A DNA stretch of 63,412 nucleotides, filler included, from Octopus bimaculoides (lineage: Eukaryota): the NCBI RefSeq assembly GCF_001194135.2. It is 3 parts of 3 records of this genome, joined end to end, with 100 filler letters (N's around TTAATTAATTAA, not from the genome) between each part and the next. Parts side by side here need not be neighbours in the genome. Positions count along the whole stretch, not along the records: positions 1 to 24,279 come from NC_069008.1; 2 more parts are not named here. One strand, written 5' to 3'. Position numbers and translations under genes: made by a program. Shown here in pieces: positions 12,261-22,102 of the stretch. Under the pieces are notes generated by a model. That model was not told the DNA's origin. It was given only the letters and a program-made list of their open reading frames with translations, and made no database searches. The number at the start of each line of letters is the position of its first letter. The stretch's first letter is position 1.

Positions 12261-13352
12261 TCAGATATTAATTCTTGGAACGGCAGAGGCCATCTAATGG
12301 TTATTTGAGTGTGTGTGTGTGTGTGCAAAAACCGGAATTAGTAGTTAAAGGGAAATAACTGAGAAAGTAAATTTGCAGAGTTACTTCCCCTACATCTTCC
12401 TTTTTTTATTAATAGCGTGTAATAAAAGCAAATTGTTGCTTAGTGTACTGTGACGTAACGCAAGAACTCCAGGACGCTAAGCAGCAGGAAATTGGCGCGA
12501 AAAGAAAAAAAAAATACATATACAATGTATGTGCCACCGGTAATATATATATATATAAATTTAGATTCAAGGTGAATATGGTACTTAAGTTTAGGCACCA
12601 GAATTAAGTATGGTATTATCCATACAATTCCAAAATAAGGTGATTAAAATCAAAATAGGCAACAAGGTTATCCAAAGTTAATGCAGTACAATCGTTTCAT
12701 GCGACTCCTTTTAATTAAGCAATGTTAACATTACATCAAATGTAAAATGCAGAGCAATCCTCAGCTGCACAAAGATATAGAAAATTTACTGAAATTTCAT
12801 TACCATACAGCCACTCCTGTTTATAATTTTTTGTTAAAAATATTGAAAAAAAATATGCCACCAAAGAAAAAACGTATTCTCTCCAGAAACACCAATCCGG
12901 CAAAGAGGAGTGCAGAAAACCGAATGCCAGAGTCTCAAGAGTTAAGGAAGATGGGACTTTCTCAACATCAGCAAAAAGCCACGCTGCAGCACATCTAATG
13001 GAGTCCCAAGACAGAAAGGAACTTGAGAATTTCTCGAGATCAGTAAAGGCACTCTGCAGCACTTAATGCTGAATCATTAAAATGCCAGATTACATAGAGA
13101 TCTTATAGAATAGCTCTCAGAAACAGACCACGTACAAATTCTTTCTTCACAACACCTGGAGCTGTATTCAGATACGATCCATCCCATTTCTATAAAGATG
13201 ATAATTCTCTCCAAATTGATGTGTTAAACTCAAATTGTCGTTTATGCAAAACTTCAAAATTTATTCCACAAATATTTTGTCCTCAATGCTGCACTTTCCC
13301 ATATACAACATATGCTATCTCAATCCTGGGCAATGTTGGGTATCTCTATTAG
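12261..13352 (+). mobile_element. non-autonomous, internally deleted Helitron
   Basis: Disrupted RepHel-like N-terminus MPPKKKRILSRNTNPAKR...ES...; FRYDPSHFY...IDVLNSNCRLCKTSKF (zinc-finger lead-in); 3' GC hairpin cctgggcaatgttggg then CTATTAG|T; putative A|TC 5' end (boundary less certain). Confidence 0.62.
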
Positions 13353-13673
13353 TTTTATATAAAGATGATAGCCTAATTAAAACTTATACCTTAAATTTAA
13401 CTACGAATAAAGTGAAATGGTTTGCCCTTAAGACAAATATATTATGGTGCTTAATACTAAATGTATTTATTAATCCACTGGAATATTATGAATATCCTCA
13501 TTAATTATACTGATCTTAAAGTTAAAAATCATTCAGTTTTAATAACACAATTTCCCCTCAAATACAATTACGCCAAAAAATGTTGCCACATTATAAAGTT
13601 TGGTAAATATCACAAGGAAAATAATAATAATAATAATAACAACAAGATCAAATTTCAATATTTCTAAAAATAT

Positions 13674-16600
13674 TTATTTGTCATAATGAAAGAAAGCAAA
13701 AGATTGACGTCCAGGGATAATTCCAAAAACCATGAAAGAATTTTCTGAAGCATCAAAACCAAGAACTTCAAAGACTTCATTGTCATCAGTCCTGAGGAGT
13801 AAATATTTTGCATTGTTTTTTAAAGACAGGATTTCAATATCTTCAGATGTTTCCCCTTCAATATGTTCAGGCATTTGGAAAATATTGTTTAGTCTATCTG
13901 TTATATAAACACATTCACCAATTGTGCTGAGACGAGGTCTTTGAATATAATATCCCCTCTCATATTTTTCTCCTATTCTTATCCTCCTGACCAACGATTT
14001 TTCCCTGAGCCATTCCACAATACAGAAATCATCCGCTCTCATATCTATTTCTACCTCCCTCCTCATAACAACCACATCACCAGAAGATGTGACTCTTACA
14101 TCAAGTATCCTCGCATCTCCGTCAATCCTTCTCCACCTCCCCTTCTTCCCCCTACACACTTCATCTTTACATTTCCCATCTTTCATATCAACAACATCCA
14201 CATAATAAGAGTCGTTGGCTTCGGACTCTTTGCAAAGGTAGTAAAGCTGCTCTGTCTCTTTCTCTTCAGGTAGGTTTCTAATATGATGACCACCACACAC
14301 GAGTTGATTGTCGTTGTATTTATAAATCGTGTTGTAGTATTTCTCAGTTTTGATGGTTTTTAAACAGCGGAGATCCCTGTTGAAGACCATCATTTCTTTA
14401 CCAAAGACGACTATGAAATGTTCATCACTCCACCGACATATATCCAGTGGTTGTTGCTGTTGTGGTTGTTGTTTAGAAAAAAAGGCTTTTAAGTATTCAA
14501 ATATCCACCAAAATATGTTCAGTGCTGGTGGTTGTTGTTGTGGTAGTTGTTTGTGTTGAAGTATGTCACCTGTTGTTGTGCTGATTAAGGTGACACTTTC
14601 TCGAAACATCAACACACTCACATTGTCATCTAATTTAATTAATTTATTGTTCCAGTCCTTGCTGTCCCACAAATCATAATTAACAGGTTCCTCGAATGCA
14701 GGAATGGAAAAAGGGACCATTGCTGTTCTATATGGAAGTCTCCTCACTGATATTTCATCAATTCCTGACTTACCCTCCGCTATGTAATTACCGCATCTCA
14801 CCTTTAATCTACCTTTACCAATTATTTCACCTGATATACTTCTTCCTCCATCTCCTTCACTATATTTCGATTTATTAATTAATTCATTAGTGAATATTTC
14901 CTTGTTCATCTGAGATGTAATGGAAGGGAAACGATGACCAGAATCAAGATCTAATAACGACACAGATTCCAGAACCTTCACTTGGTCCCCATCAATCTTT
15001 ATGCAATGACATTCAATCAATTCAATATGGACACACCAGTAAATATTCCCCACTTTTCTGCATATTACACCATAAGGCACTTGACTTTGCCAAACTTGAT
15101 AATTCTTCAAATCTTTTCCATTCAGTTGAAATATTTCTTTTCTTTTAGGAACCGTGGCCATTATGTGTTTTCCTTGTGTAAAACACACACCACCAACTAA
15201 ACTTGCCACATTTCTGTGACATAGCAGCTCCCCGTCTTCATCGAATATTTTAACAGTTCCATTATTGGCTTTTTCACACACAACTGTCTTTCCTTCTTCA
15301 GAAATATCAAAATCTTTTACTTGAACAGCAAATTCGTCTGTTTGTAAACGAGCAACCGGGATCCTTTCTCGATTCACCATAAACAACCCTTCAACATACA
15401 ATTCATTCCTTCCCCTCCTGGGGCTTCCAACAAACCTTGGTCCTCTACTGTCTATACTGGAGAAACGTATTTTATCTTTATAAATTCTTCTATTTAAAAA
15501 TATTCTCTTATACTCCCCAGTCTGGGTCAAACACAAAATATTATGATATTCAGTTAAATTAACATATTTATCCCACACACCATTAATGTAGAAATAACTG
15601 TCAGCAGTTGTCATTCTGTCATCAATGATACCATCAACCTTCATGTAGTGTCTGACTGAATGTAAATATTGACCATCACTGTTGAAGAAAATGATGAATC
15701 TTAAGTTGTAGACAATGATGACATCATCAGCAATAACGTTAATTTCACAGATGTCATTAACATAAATTCGAAGATCTTCATTTCTAAATAATAATGTTTT
15801 AGGTATGTCCATTTGTTTTATTTCCTTCACATTCGAATGTGTTTCATCGATATCAACAAAATACAAATGACATCCATCTCTCCGTCCCAATTTACTACAA
15901 ACCAGTTGATTGTTTGATAAAGAAGCCACACATTGATATTCATTTCTTGTCTGGCAAATTACCAACGACAATGGAAATTCCACTTTTAATGTCAACATTT
16001 GGTAGTCATTATCTGAATCATTCCAATTTGTAATGACCAGTGTGTTTGACTGCCATCGACACATTTTAATATATTTATAAAGATTCAATTTGATAGAATC
16101 CAAAAAATGACCATCCAATGTGAATATCTTAATGTTTCTATTCCCCTCGTCCCATCCTGCAATCAGATTATTTTCAGTTATAACCAAACGATTAATCTCC
16201 ACTGGTCCCTTGTCTCCCAAATGTTGAGAGAGAGGAATATGTCTGCCTTTATCAGAAACTGTCAGATCCTGTAGATATAAAGAAGAAGACAACATTTCAC
16301 TGACAGAAATGTTTCTGGAAAATACATCTACCAGGTCGATATAATAATTAAGTTGATTATTTGTAACGAGATCATTAACCAACAAATTATGATCGTTTAT
16401 AGCAAACATATGGCTGCTGTCTATAAGATAAACAAACGTTTGGTCCATAGATCCACCATAGAGATTGGGGAGATGTTTCACTTGGGACATTAAAACACTG
16501 GGTGTCATCTCAAAACTACAAAGATGACGACAAGCACTACCACGACCACCACCACCTATTCTAGTGTTGTACTGTAAAGCTTTTCCCCTCGTAACAATTA

Positions 16601-16997
16601 ATAGCTTTTCTGTTTCCTTTTCTATTGATAATGATTTCACAAAAAAGGGGATATTAATTCTATGGATTATTTCAACTTCATTATAACATTTAATGGCTAA
16701 AATATCTAAATGGGATGGTTTATCACAATAACAAACAATTTCACCTTCACCCATCTTACACACCCGTACATAAGGCTGCCCTAATGATACACTTCTCACT
16801 GTCTTTGATAGGTTTCCGATGACCCTTAATTGTTTCTGTAGGGGTAATGTGACACCTATTTGATTAAAATCCCATCGACATATATCCGTAGCTGTAGACG
16901 GCAGAGATAATCTCGACACAATGTCTCCTTCATTAGAAATGTATAACAAGCAATCATGGTTGATGTCGGAGACCACCAACTGTCCATTTGCCAGATT
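13674..16997 (-). CDS. giant multi-beta-propeller (NHL/TRIM-C-terminal-like) protein, C-terminal part
   Basis: 1,107 uninterrupted codons from the gap to TAA at 13676-13674; recurring propeller blade motifs (LVVSD..N.CL, DICRW, VKIFDEDG). AATAAA on the minus strand at 13471-13466. Confidence 0.88.
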   Translation of the reverse strand, partial: NLANGQLVVSDINHDCLLYISNEGDIVSRLSLPSTATDICRWDFNQIGVTLPLQKQLRVIGNLSKTVRSVSLGQPYVRVCKMGEGEIVCYCDKPSHLDILAIKCYNEVEIIHRINIPFFVKSLSIEKETEKLLIVTRGKALQYNTRIGGGGRGSACRHLCSFEMTPSVLMSQVKHLPNLYGGSMDQTFVYLIDSSHMFAINDHNLLVNDLVTNNQLNYYIDLVDVFSRNISVSEMLSSSLYLQDLTVSDKGRHIPLSQHLGDKGPVEINRLVITENNLIAGWDEGNRNIKIFTLDGHFLDSIKLNLYKYIKMCRWQSNTLVITNWNDSDNDYQMLTLKVEFPLSLVICQTRNEYQCVASLSNNQLVCSKLGRRDGCHLYFVDIDETHSNVKEIKQMDIPKTLLFRNEDLRIYVNDICEINVIADDVIIVYNLRFIIFFNSDGQYLHSVRHYMKVDGIIDDRMTTADSYFYINGVWDKYVNLTEYHNILCLTQTGEYKRIFLNRRIYKDKIRFSSIDSRGPRFVGSPRRGRNELYVEGLFMVNRERIPVARLQTDEFAVQVKDFDISEEGKTVVCEKANNGTVKIFDEDGELLCHRNVASLVGGVCFTQGKHIMATVPKRKEIFQLNGKDLKNYQVWQSQVPYGVICRKVGNIYWCVHIELIECHCIKIDGDQVKVLESVSLLDLDSGHRFPSITSQMNKEIFTNELINKSKYSEGDGGRSISGEIIGKGRLKVRCGNYIAEGKSGIDEISVRRLPYRTAMVPFSIPAFEEPVNYDLWDSKDWNNKLIKLDDNVSVLMFRESVTLISTTTGDILQHKQLPQQQPPALNIFWWIFEYLKAFFSKQQPQQQQPLDICRWSDEHFIVVFGKEMMVFNRDLRCLKTIKTEKYYNTIYKYNDNQLVCGGHHIRNLPEEKETEQLYYLCKESEANDSYYVDVVDMKDGKCKDEVCRGKKGRWRRIDGDARILDVRVTSSGDVVVMRREVEIDMRADDFCIVEWLREKSLVRRIRIGEKYERGYYIQRPRLSTIGECVYITDRLNNIFQMPEHIEGETSEDIEILSLKNNAKYLLLRTDDNEVFEVLGFDASENSFMVFGIIPGRQSFAFFHYDK

Positions 16998-17627
16998 NNN
17001 NNNNNNNNNNNNNNNNNNNNNNNNNNNNNNNNNNNNNNNNNNNNNNNNNNNNNNNNNNNNNNNNNNNNNNNNNNNNNNNNNNNNNNNNNNNNNNNNNNNN
17101 NNNNNNNNNNNNNNNNNNNNNNNNNNNNNNNNNNNNNNNNNNNNNNNNNNNNNNNNNNNNNNNNNNNNNNNNNNNNNNNNNNNNNNNNNNNNNNNNNNNN
17201 NNNNNNNNNNNNNNNNNNNNNNNNNNNNNNNNNNNNNNNNNNNNNNNNNNNNNNNNNNNNNNNNNNNNNNNNNNNNNNNNNNNNNNNNNNNNNNNNNNNN
17301 NNNNNNNNNNNNNNNNNNNNNNNNNNNNNNNNNNNNNNNNNNNNNNNNNNNNNNNNNNNNNNNNNNNNNNNNNNNNNNNNNNNNNNNNNNNNNNNNNNNN
17401 NNNNNNNNNNNNNNNNNNNNNNNNNNNNNNNNNNNNNNNNNNNNNNNNNNNNNNNNNNNNNNNNNNNNNNNNNNNNNNNNNNNNNNNNNNNNNNNNNNNN
17501 NNNNNNNNNNNNNNNNNNNNNNNNNNNNNNNNNNNNNNNNNNNNNNNNNNNNNNNNNNNNNNNNNNNNNNNNNNNNNNNNNNNNNNNNNNNNNNNNNNNN
17601 NNNNNNNNNNNNNNNNNNNNNNNNNNA

Positions 17628-19062
17628 AAGAAGGAAGCTCAAGGAAAACTAAATTATTTTGGTTAATTATTTCCTCATTATCAGTGAATAATTTAGCTTT
17701 CTTGTTTCTGTAAATTATTAATATAGAAGATGTTGACATAGGTAGAATATTTGTAATGTTGTTGCAATCCTCAATATCAATATAGTCTTTTAAACTGGGG
17801 GTATGTAGCTGGTGGTTGTATGACAGTTTGGGCCAAAAGTCTTCATTTTTTTGAATGGCATGAGGTTTGCCAAAATAATCTGTTACCAAAATGGTATCTT
17901 TACCAACAGAAATAGAGCGGCATTTCCTGCCAATGTCCCTCATTGTCACACCACCTTTAGCCGAAATCCTATAAATGATCTGTCCCTGGAGGACAAAGAA
18001 ATAGCTTTGGTATAGTGAGATTTTGCTAGGGAAGTCCAGAGAATGGGTCTCTACCTCCCATAACTGTTGGCCATCCATATCATAACAGATTACTCTGTTA
18101 ATACTGGAAAATGATATTAAAAGTATATTTTGGACCCCTACAGCAATATCTGTAGGGGTTTCTTTGGTAATGAATTCGTGCTTAATTCTATTCTCCTCCC
18201 AATCCATTCGGTAAACAGTCTTACCAAACATTTCTACACCTATAAGTGTAGAATGTTCCAAGTAAGAAGCCAAATAGAATCCCAGCTGTATTGTTTTAAT
18301 CTTGAAAGTAGTGGGGCTGATAATGAGAATCATTTCTTGGAAGGGGAGGGTTGCCAGAACCATGTCTTGACCGATTCTGGTGAAACTGGTGACAGAAGAT
18401 GGACAATGGACATCATTTCTGTCACCATCTCTTGTCACACAGCATATTGTCATACAATGGTGGGAATATGTTACTATTCCCTCCTGTATGCCAATGATAT
18501 TGGATATTAATATGTTTTTGTCAAATTCTTCACCAGATTCCTCGATCTTTGCTTCTCTGGTCACAACTGGGCAAAGAGGACGAAATTTTGTGATCACTTT
18601 TGGTGGCTCAATGGTTTTGTGGTTGTATGGGTTACAGGTGACGTAAATGTCAAAGAGTCTTTGTTGGAACCAATCAAGATTTTGGTGAATAAAATCATTA
18701 TTTTGTTTTGTAAATTCCAGAAAACTTTGCATTTTACGTTTGATTTTACGTAAAATACATGGTCCATCTAAATCCATGTGATTACATTCATCTTTTACAT
18801 AATCTATAAACGTATTGATGTGGTCTGTTTTGATTATTGTTTGGTAACATGTCACAATATGAAGAAAGCCTGGTAAAATGGACATTTCCCATTCTTCAGG
18901 TTTCCTTGTGTTTTGCGTTTCCTGTTCTTCTGTTTTCTCTGTGTTTCGTGTATGTAATATTTGGGGAAAAATTCGTGTAGTTTCCTTATAAACCAATCTT
19001 GTATCACAGCCTGTGGCAGGAATGAGAGCCAACATTTTGCTTTCTTCGTTAATCTTCTCCAT
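17628..19062 (-). CDS. giant multi-beta-propeller protein, N-terminal part
   Basis: 478 open codons from aaaATGg to the gap; helical N-terminus then an NHL-like unit (PTDIAVG..NILLIS....NRVICYDMDGQQLWEV....LDFPSKI). Continuity across the 630-N gap is inferred. Confidence 0.82.
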
Positions 19063-19183
19063 TTTATGAATATGAAATTATTATCTTGTTCTGTTAAATA
19101 TATTCTTTTCTCTTGATTTTGTCTTCTTCCTTTCGAATACAATTTATCTCTTCAAAATTCACAAACTTTTTACAGCAAAGCTG
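19063..19183 (-). other. splice acceptor and 5'UTR part of the coding exon of the propeller gene
   Basis: ttttcattttatttcAG at 19183-19181; no ATG between 19180 and 19063. Confidence 0.6.
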
Positions 19184-20424
19184 AAATAAAATGAAAACTT
19201 TATTAGTTTTGTGAAAAATTTTTGATAAAATAATATTTACTTGATTCATTCAAACAGTTTCAAGGAAAACACACATTTCATTAAATATATTAAAAAAAAT
19301 TGATTATTTGACAGTGAAGTTAAACATTTAAACTATTTTCTTTGGAATAACCATCAGAAATAAAACTTGAAGATATAACTACACCATTATCTGAATATAA
19401 GTGATGGCGAAAAGTTTTGTAGTAAAACGAAATATAAGTCTTTTGTTGAGGTTATTTCTACAGATATGCGATGGAAGTTATAGCCAGGACTGATTTCTTG
19501 CTACAATGTTTCATATCGAAAATTCAGATGGAAACGAACAATGAGATCAAAGACAAAAACATCGGTTGTTTGTTCTCTCTGATGTCTCAATATGAAAGGT
19601 TTTCTATATAAAATGTGTTAAGACAGAGCTCAATAAATATGGAATGAATTCCTGTTGGGAGCAATAACATAATGGAATATAATGATGTCTAAAAGTAAAG
19701 GACACGAGAAAATAAAATCATGAGAAACATTTTTAGGTGAAAACAAACCTTATCCTCCCATAGTAAATCCTTCCCCCACCGTTACACCTCCTTCCTGCAC
19801 CATACTATTCCACATTGGTCTTCCCCGCCCCATAACACAACCTTCACCCACCGCTGTCATATTAGAGAGAGAGAGAGAGAGAGTACATGCATATACACAC
19901 AAATATTTGAATATAATGTGCATATGACTAATGCGTGTGTGTCGTCGTCTTGCCTTATCTCTGGCGATTGATAACAAAGCGTACAGTTTGTTTGTCTGTA
20001 GTTCGTTAGGCGAGAGAAAATATTAGCTTGGAAATAAAGCATTTAACCAGAGAAAAGCTGCCTCAGTGAAGTATTCGTTGACCCATGGGGAAACAGAAAA
20101 GGGAGCATTGAAAACAGATGATGCTGGTAGTCATGCGCATGCGTATATTTAATACCCTTTTTGGGGCTCTGAACAACCAATGGAGTTGAACGAGGATCCA
20201 TGTGACGACATACAGTGTGTTTAGGGCATTTTAAATCAGAAAGATCCCTTCTCTCTACATGCGTAACCCCTGCCCAAGAGAGAAAGAAAGAAGTAGAACA
20301 CTAATGACAGAGAAATCTTTCGTCTCCTGTGAAAACAATTGAAACGTTAGACATATTTGACACAAATGAGAGGAAAAAATAAAGTACAAATGTGAATGCG
20401 ACAGTGTGTGTGTGTAGTCTTTTA

Positions 20425-20740
20425 TTTGTTTCAGTCATTTGACTGCGGCCATGCTGGAGCATCGCTTTTAGTCGAACTAATCGACCCCGGGACTTATTCG
20501 TTGTAAGCCGAGTACTTATTCTATCGGTCTCTTTTGCCGAACCGCTAGATTACGGGGACGTAAGCACATTAGCATCAGTCGTCAGCGACGGTGGGGTGAC
20601 AAACACAGACACACAAATATATATACACGGCGGGCTTCTTTCAGTTTCCGTCTACCAAATCCACTTACAAGCCTTTGGTTACGCAGTGAACCCGGAACAG
20701 AGTGGTTGGTAAGCAAGCTACTTACTACACACCCACTCCT
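20425..20740 (-). mobile_element. tRNA-derived SINE (family 1), near full length
   Basis: tttgactgcggccatgctggagc...gggcttctttcagtttccgtctaccaaatccac...ttactacacacccact. Confidence 0.8.
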
Positions 20741-20778
20741 GTGCCTATGTATGTATAATTATGTATAATTATATATAT

Positions 20779-20991
20779 ATATTAATAGTTATCGCCAAGC
20801 CAACATGGCAGTCCAGGAAAATAGGACGAATGCTGCTGTTGATTAGCTCCAAGAGGCCATCGCCTCTAGCTAGCTGGTTCACGTGTCACATAGCTAGCTA
20901 GAGGCGATGGCCTCTTGGAACTAATAATCAACAGTAGCATTCGTCCTATTTTCTTGGACTGCCATGTTGGCTTGGCGATAACTATTAATAT
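20779..20991. repeat. about 213-bp palindrome / foldback MITE
   Basis: Arms 20779-20875 and 20892-20991 are reverse complements with few substitutions and one 3-nt indel; 16-nt loop. Confidence 0.85.
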
Positions 20992-21403
20992 CCAGTACCG
21001 CTGCCCTAGTCTTCTTCTGAGAGATTTAGAAATATTAATATTTCGATATATATATAGTTCCCATCATTCAAACATGGTGTAAATGTGTTAGTACTCCCAA
21101 TACAATTAAAATATCTGGTATATTTTCTAACCTAGCAGTTCGACAAATAGGTTCAGTTAAAATATCTACCAGACTAAAAGAGTAATACTTCAGTTATGTT
21201 ATATGGTATTTATTCAAGCTCTATGTTCTGGGATCAAATCCTGGCGAGGTTTAACAGCTTCTAGTCTATAAGATACTGCCTGAAAATAAAATAATTTTCT
21301 ATAAAACAGTATATTTATGTTTGAAATAAGTCTAATGTATATTTAACGAAGTAAATGAATTACTAAATTGTTAATTAAAATAATTATCAAGAAAAAGACT
21401 TAC

Positions 21404-21513
21404 CAAAGTCAATAATTGTGTTTGAATGTCAGCCTGAGGTGTTGGTCTCTGAGTTGAGTTCGTTCAAAGAGCAGCAAAAATGTAAAAATCTTTAGTCATG
21501 AGGCCTATTTATA
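21404..21513 (-). promoter_or_regulatory. TATA box, initiator and non-coding exon 1 of the propeller gene
   Basis: Minus-strand TATAAATAG at 21513-21505, CA initiator-like at about 21481, ATG-free exon of about 78 nt, donor TTG/GTAAGT at 21403. Confidence 0.55.
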
Positions 21514-21657
21514 AGCAGCAAGAAAAACAGTGGGCGTTAACGAGTTGTGCGTGCGTGTGTACGTGTGTACGTGTGTGTACGTATGTGTAGTGTGATATTT
21601 GAACAGAATCTGTTATGGTAAGTCCTTGACACCAATTATAGCAGTGAATGTCAGGCA

Positions 21658-21696
<39 letters not shown>

Positions 21697-21959
21697 ATAT
21701 ATGTATATGTATGTGTTTGTAGGTTTGCTAGGTTCCCACTATAAGGCAAAAAGAGAAAAATAATTGGAACACACACACATAGGGACACATATATAAACAA
21801 CCCTACATATATTTATCTGTGTGTATATATATATATATATATAAACAATATATGAGTATATGCATATATATGTACATGTATGTTTATACGTTCATCTACA
21901 TGTACATATAGATACATAACTGGGTACATGACGTGGCAAAAGAACAAGGACAAAATGGT

Positions 21960-22050
21960 AAACAAGGTGCAACAAACAAGCAGGCCACATAGAAACATCC
22001 CCTTCATCAGCTGCCACCATTAAAACTCCGGCGTTTCGAAGAATTAATAT
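21960..22050 (-). mobile_element. Penelope-like terminal remnant
   Basis: Plus strand ccccttcatcagctg...ggcgtttcgaag, i.e. on the minus strand CTTCGAAACGCC and GCTGATGAAGGG, the two motifs typical of Penelope ends; similar remnants near 9040, 51230 and 58420. Confidence 0.35.
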
Positions 22051-22064
22051 ATATATGTACACAA

Positions 22065-22102
<38 letters not shown>

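Noticed and set aside
18852-19142. Overlapping 96-aa frame (..KWRRLTKKAKCWLSFLPQAVIQDWF..) as a frameshifted true N-terminus of the propeller protein
   Set aside because: Starts at TTG, cannot be reached in frame from the 19181 acceptor, and ATG 19062 is the first ATG in good context. Not fully excluded without homologues.
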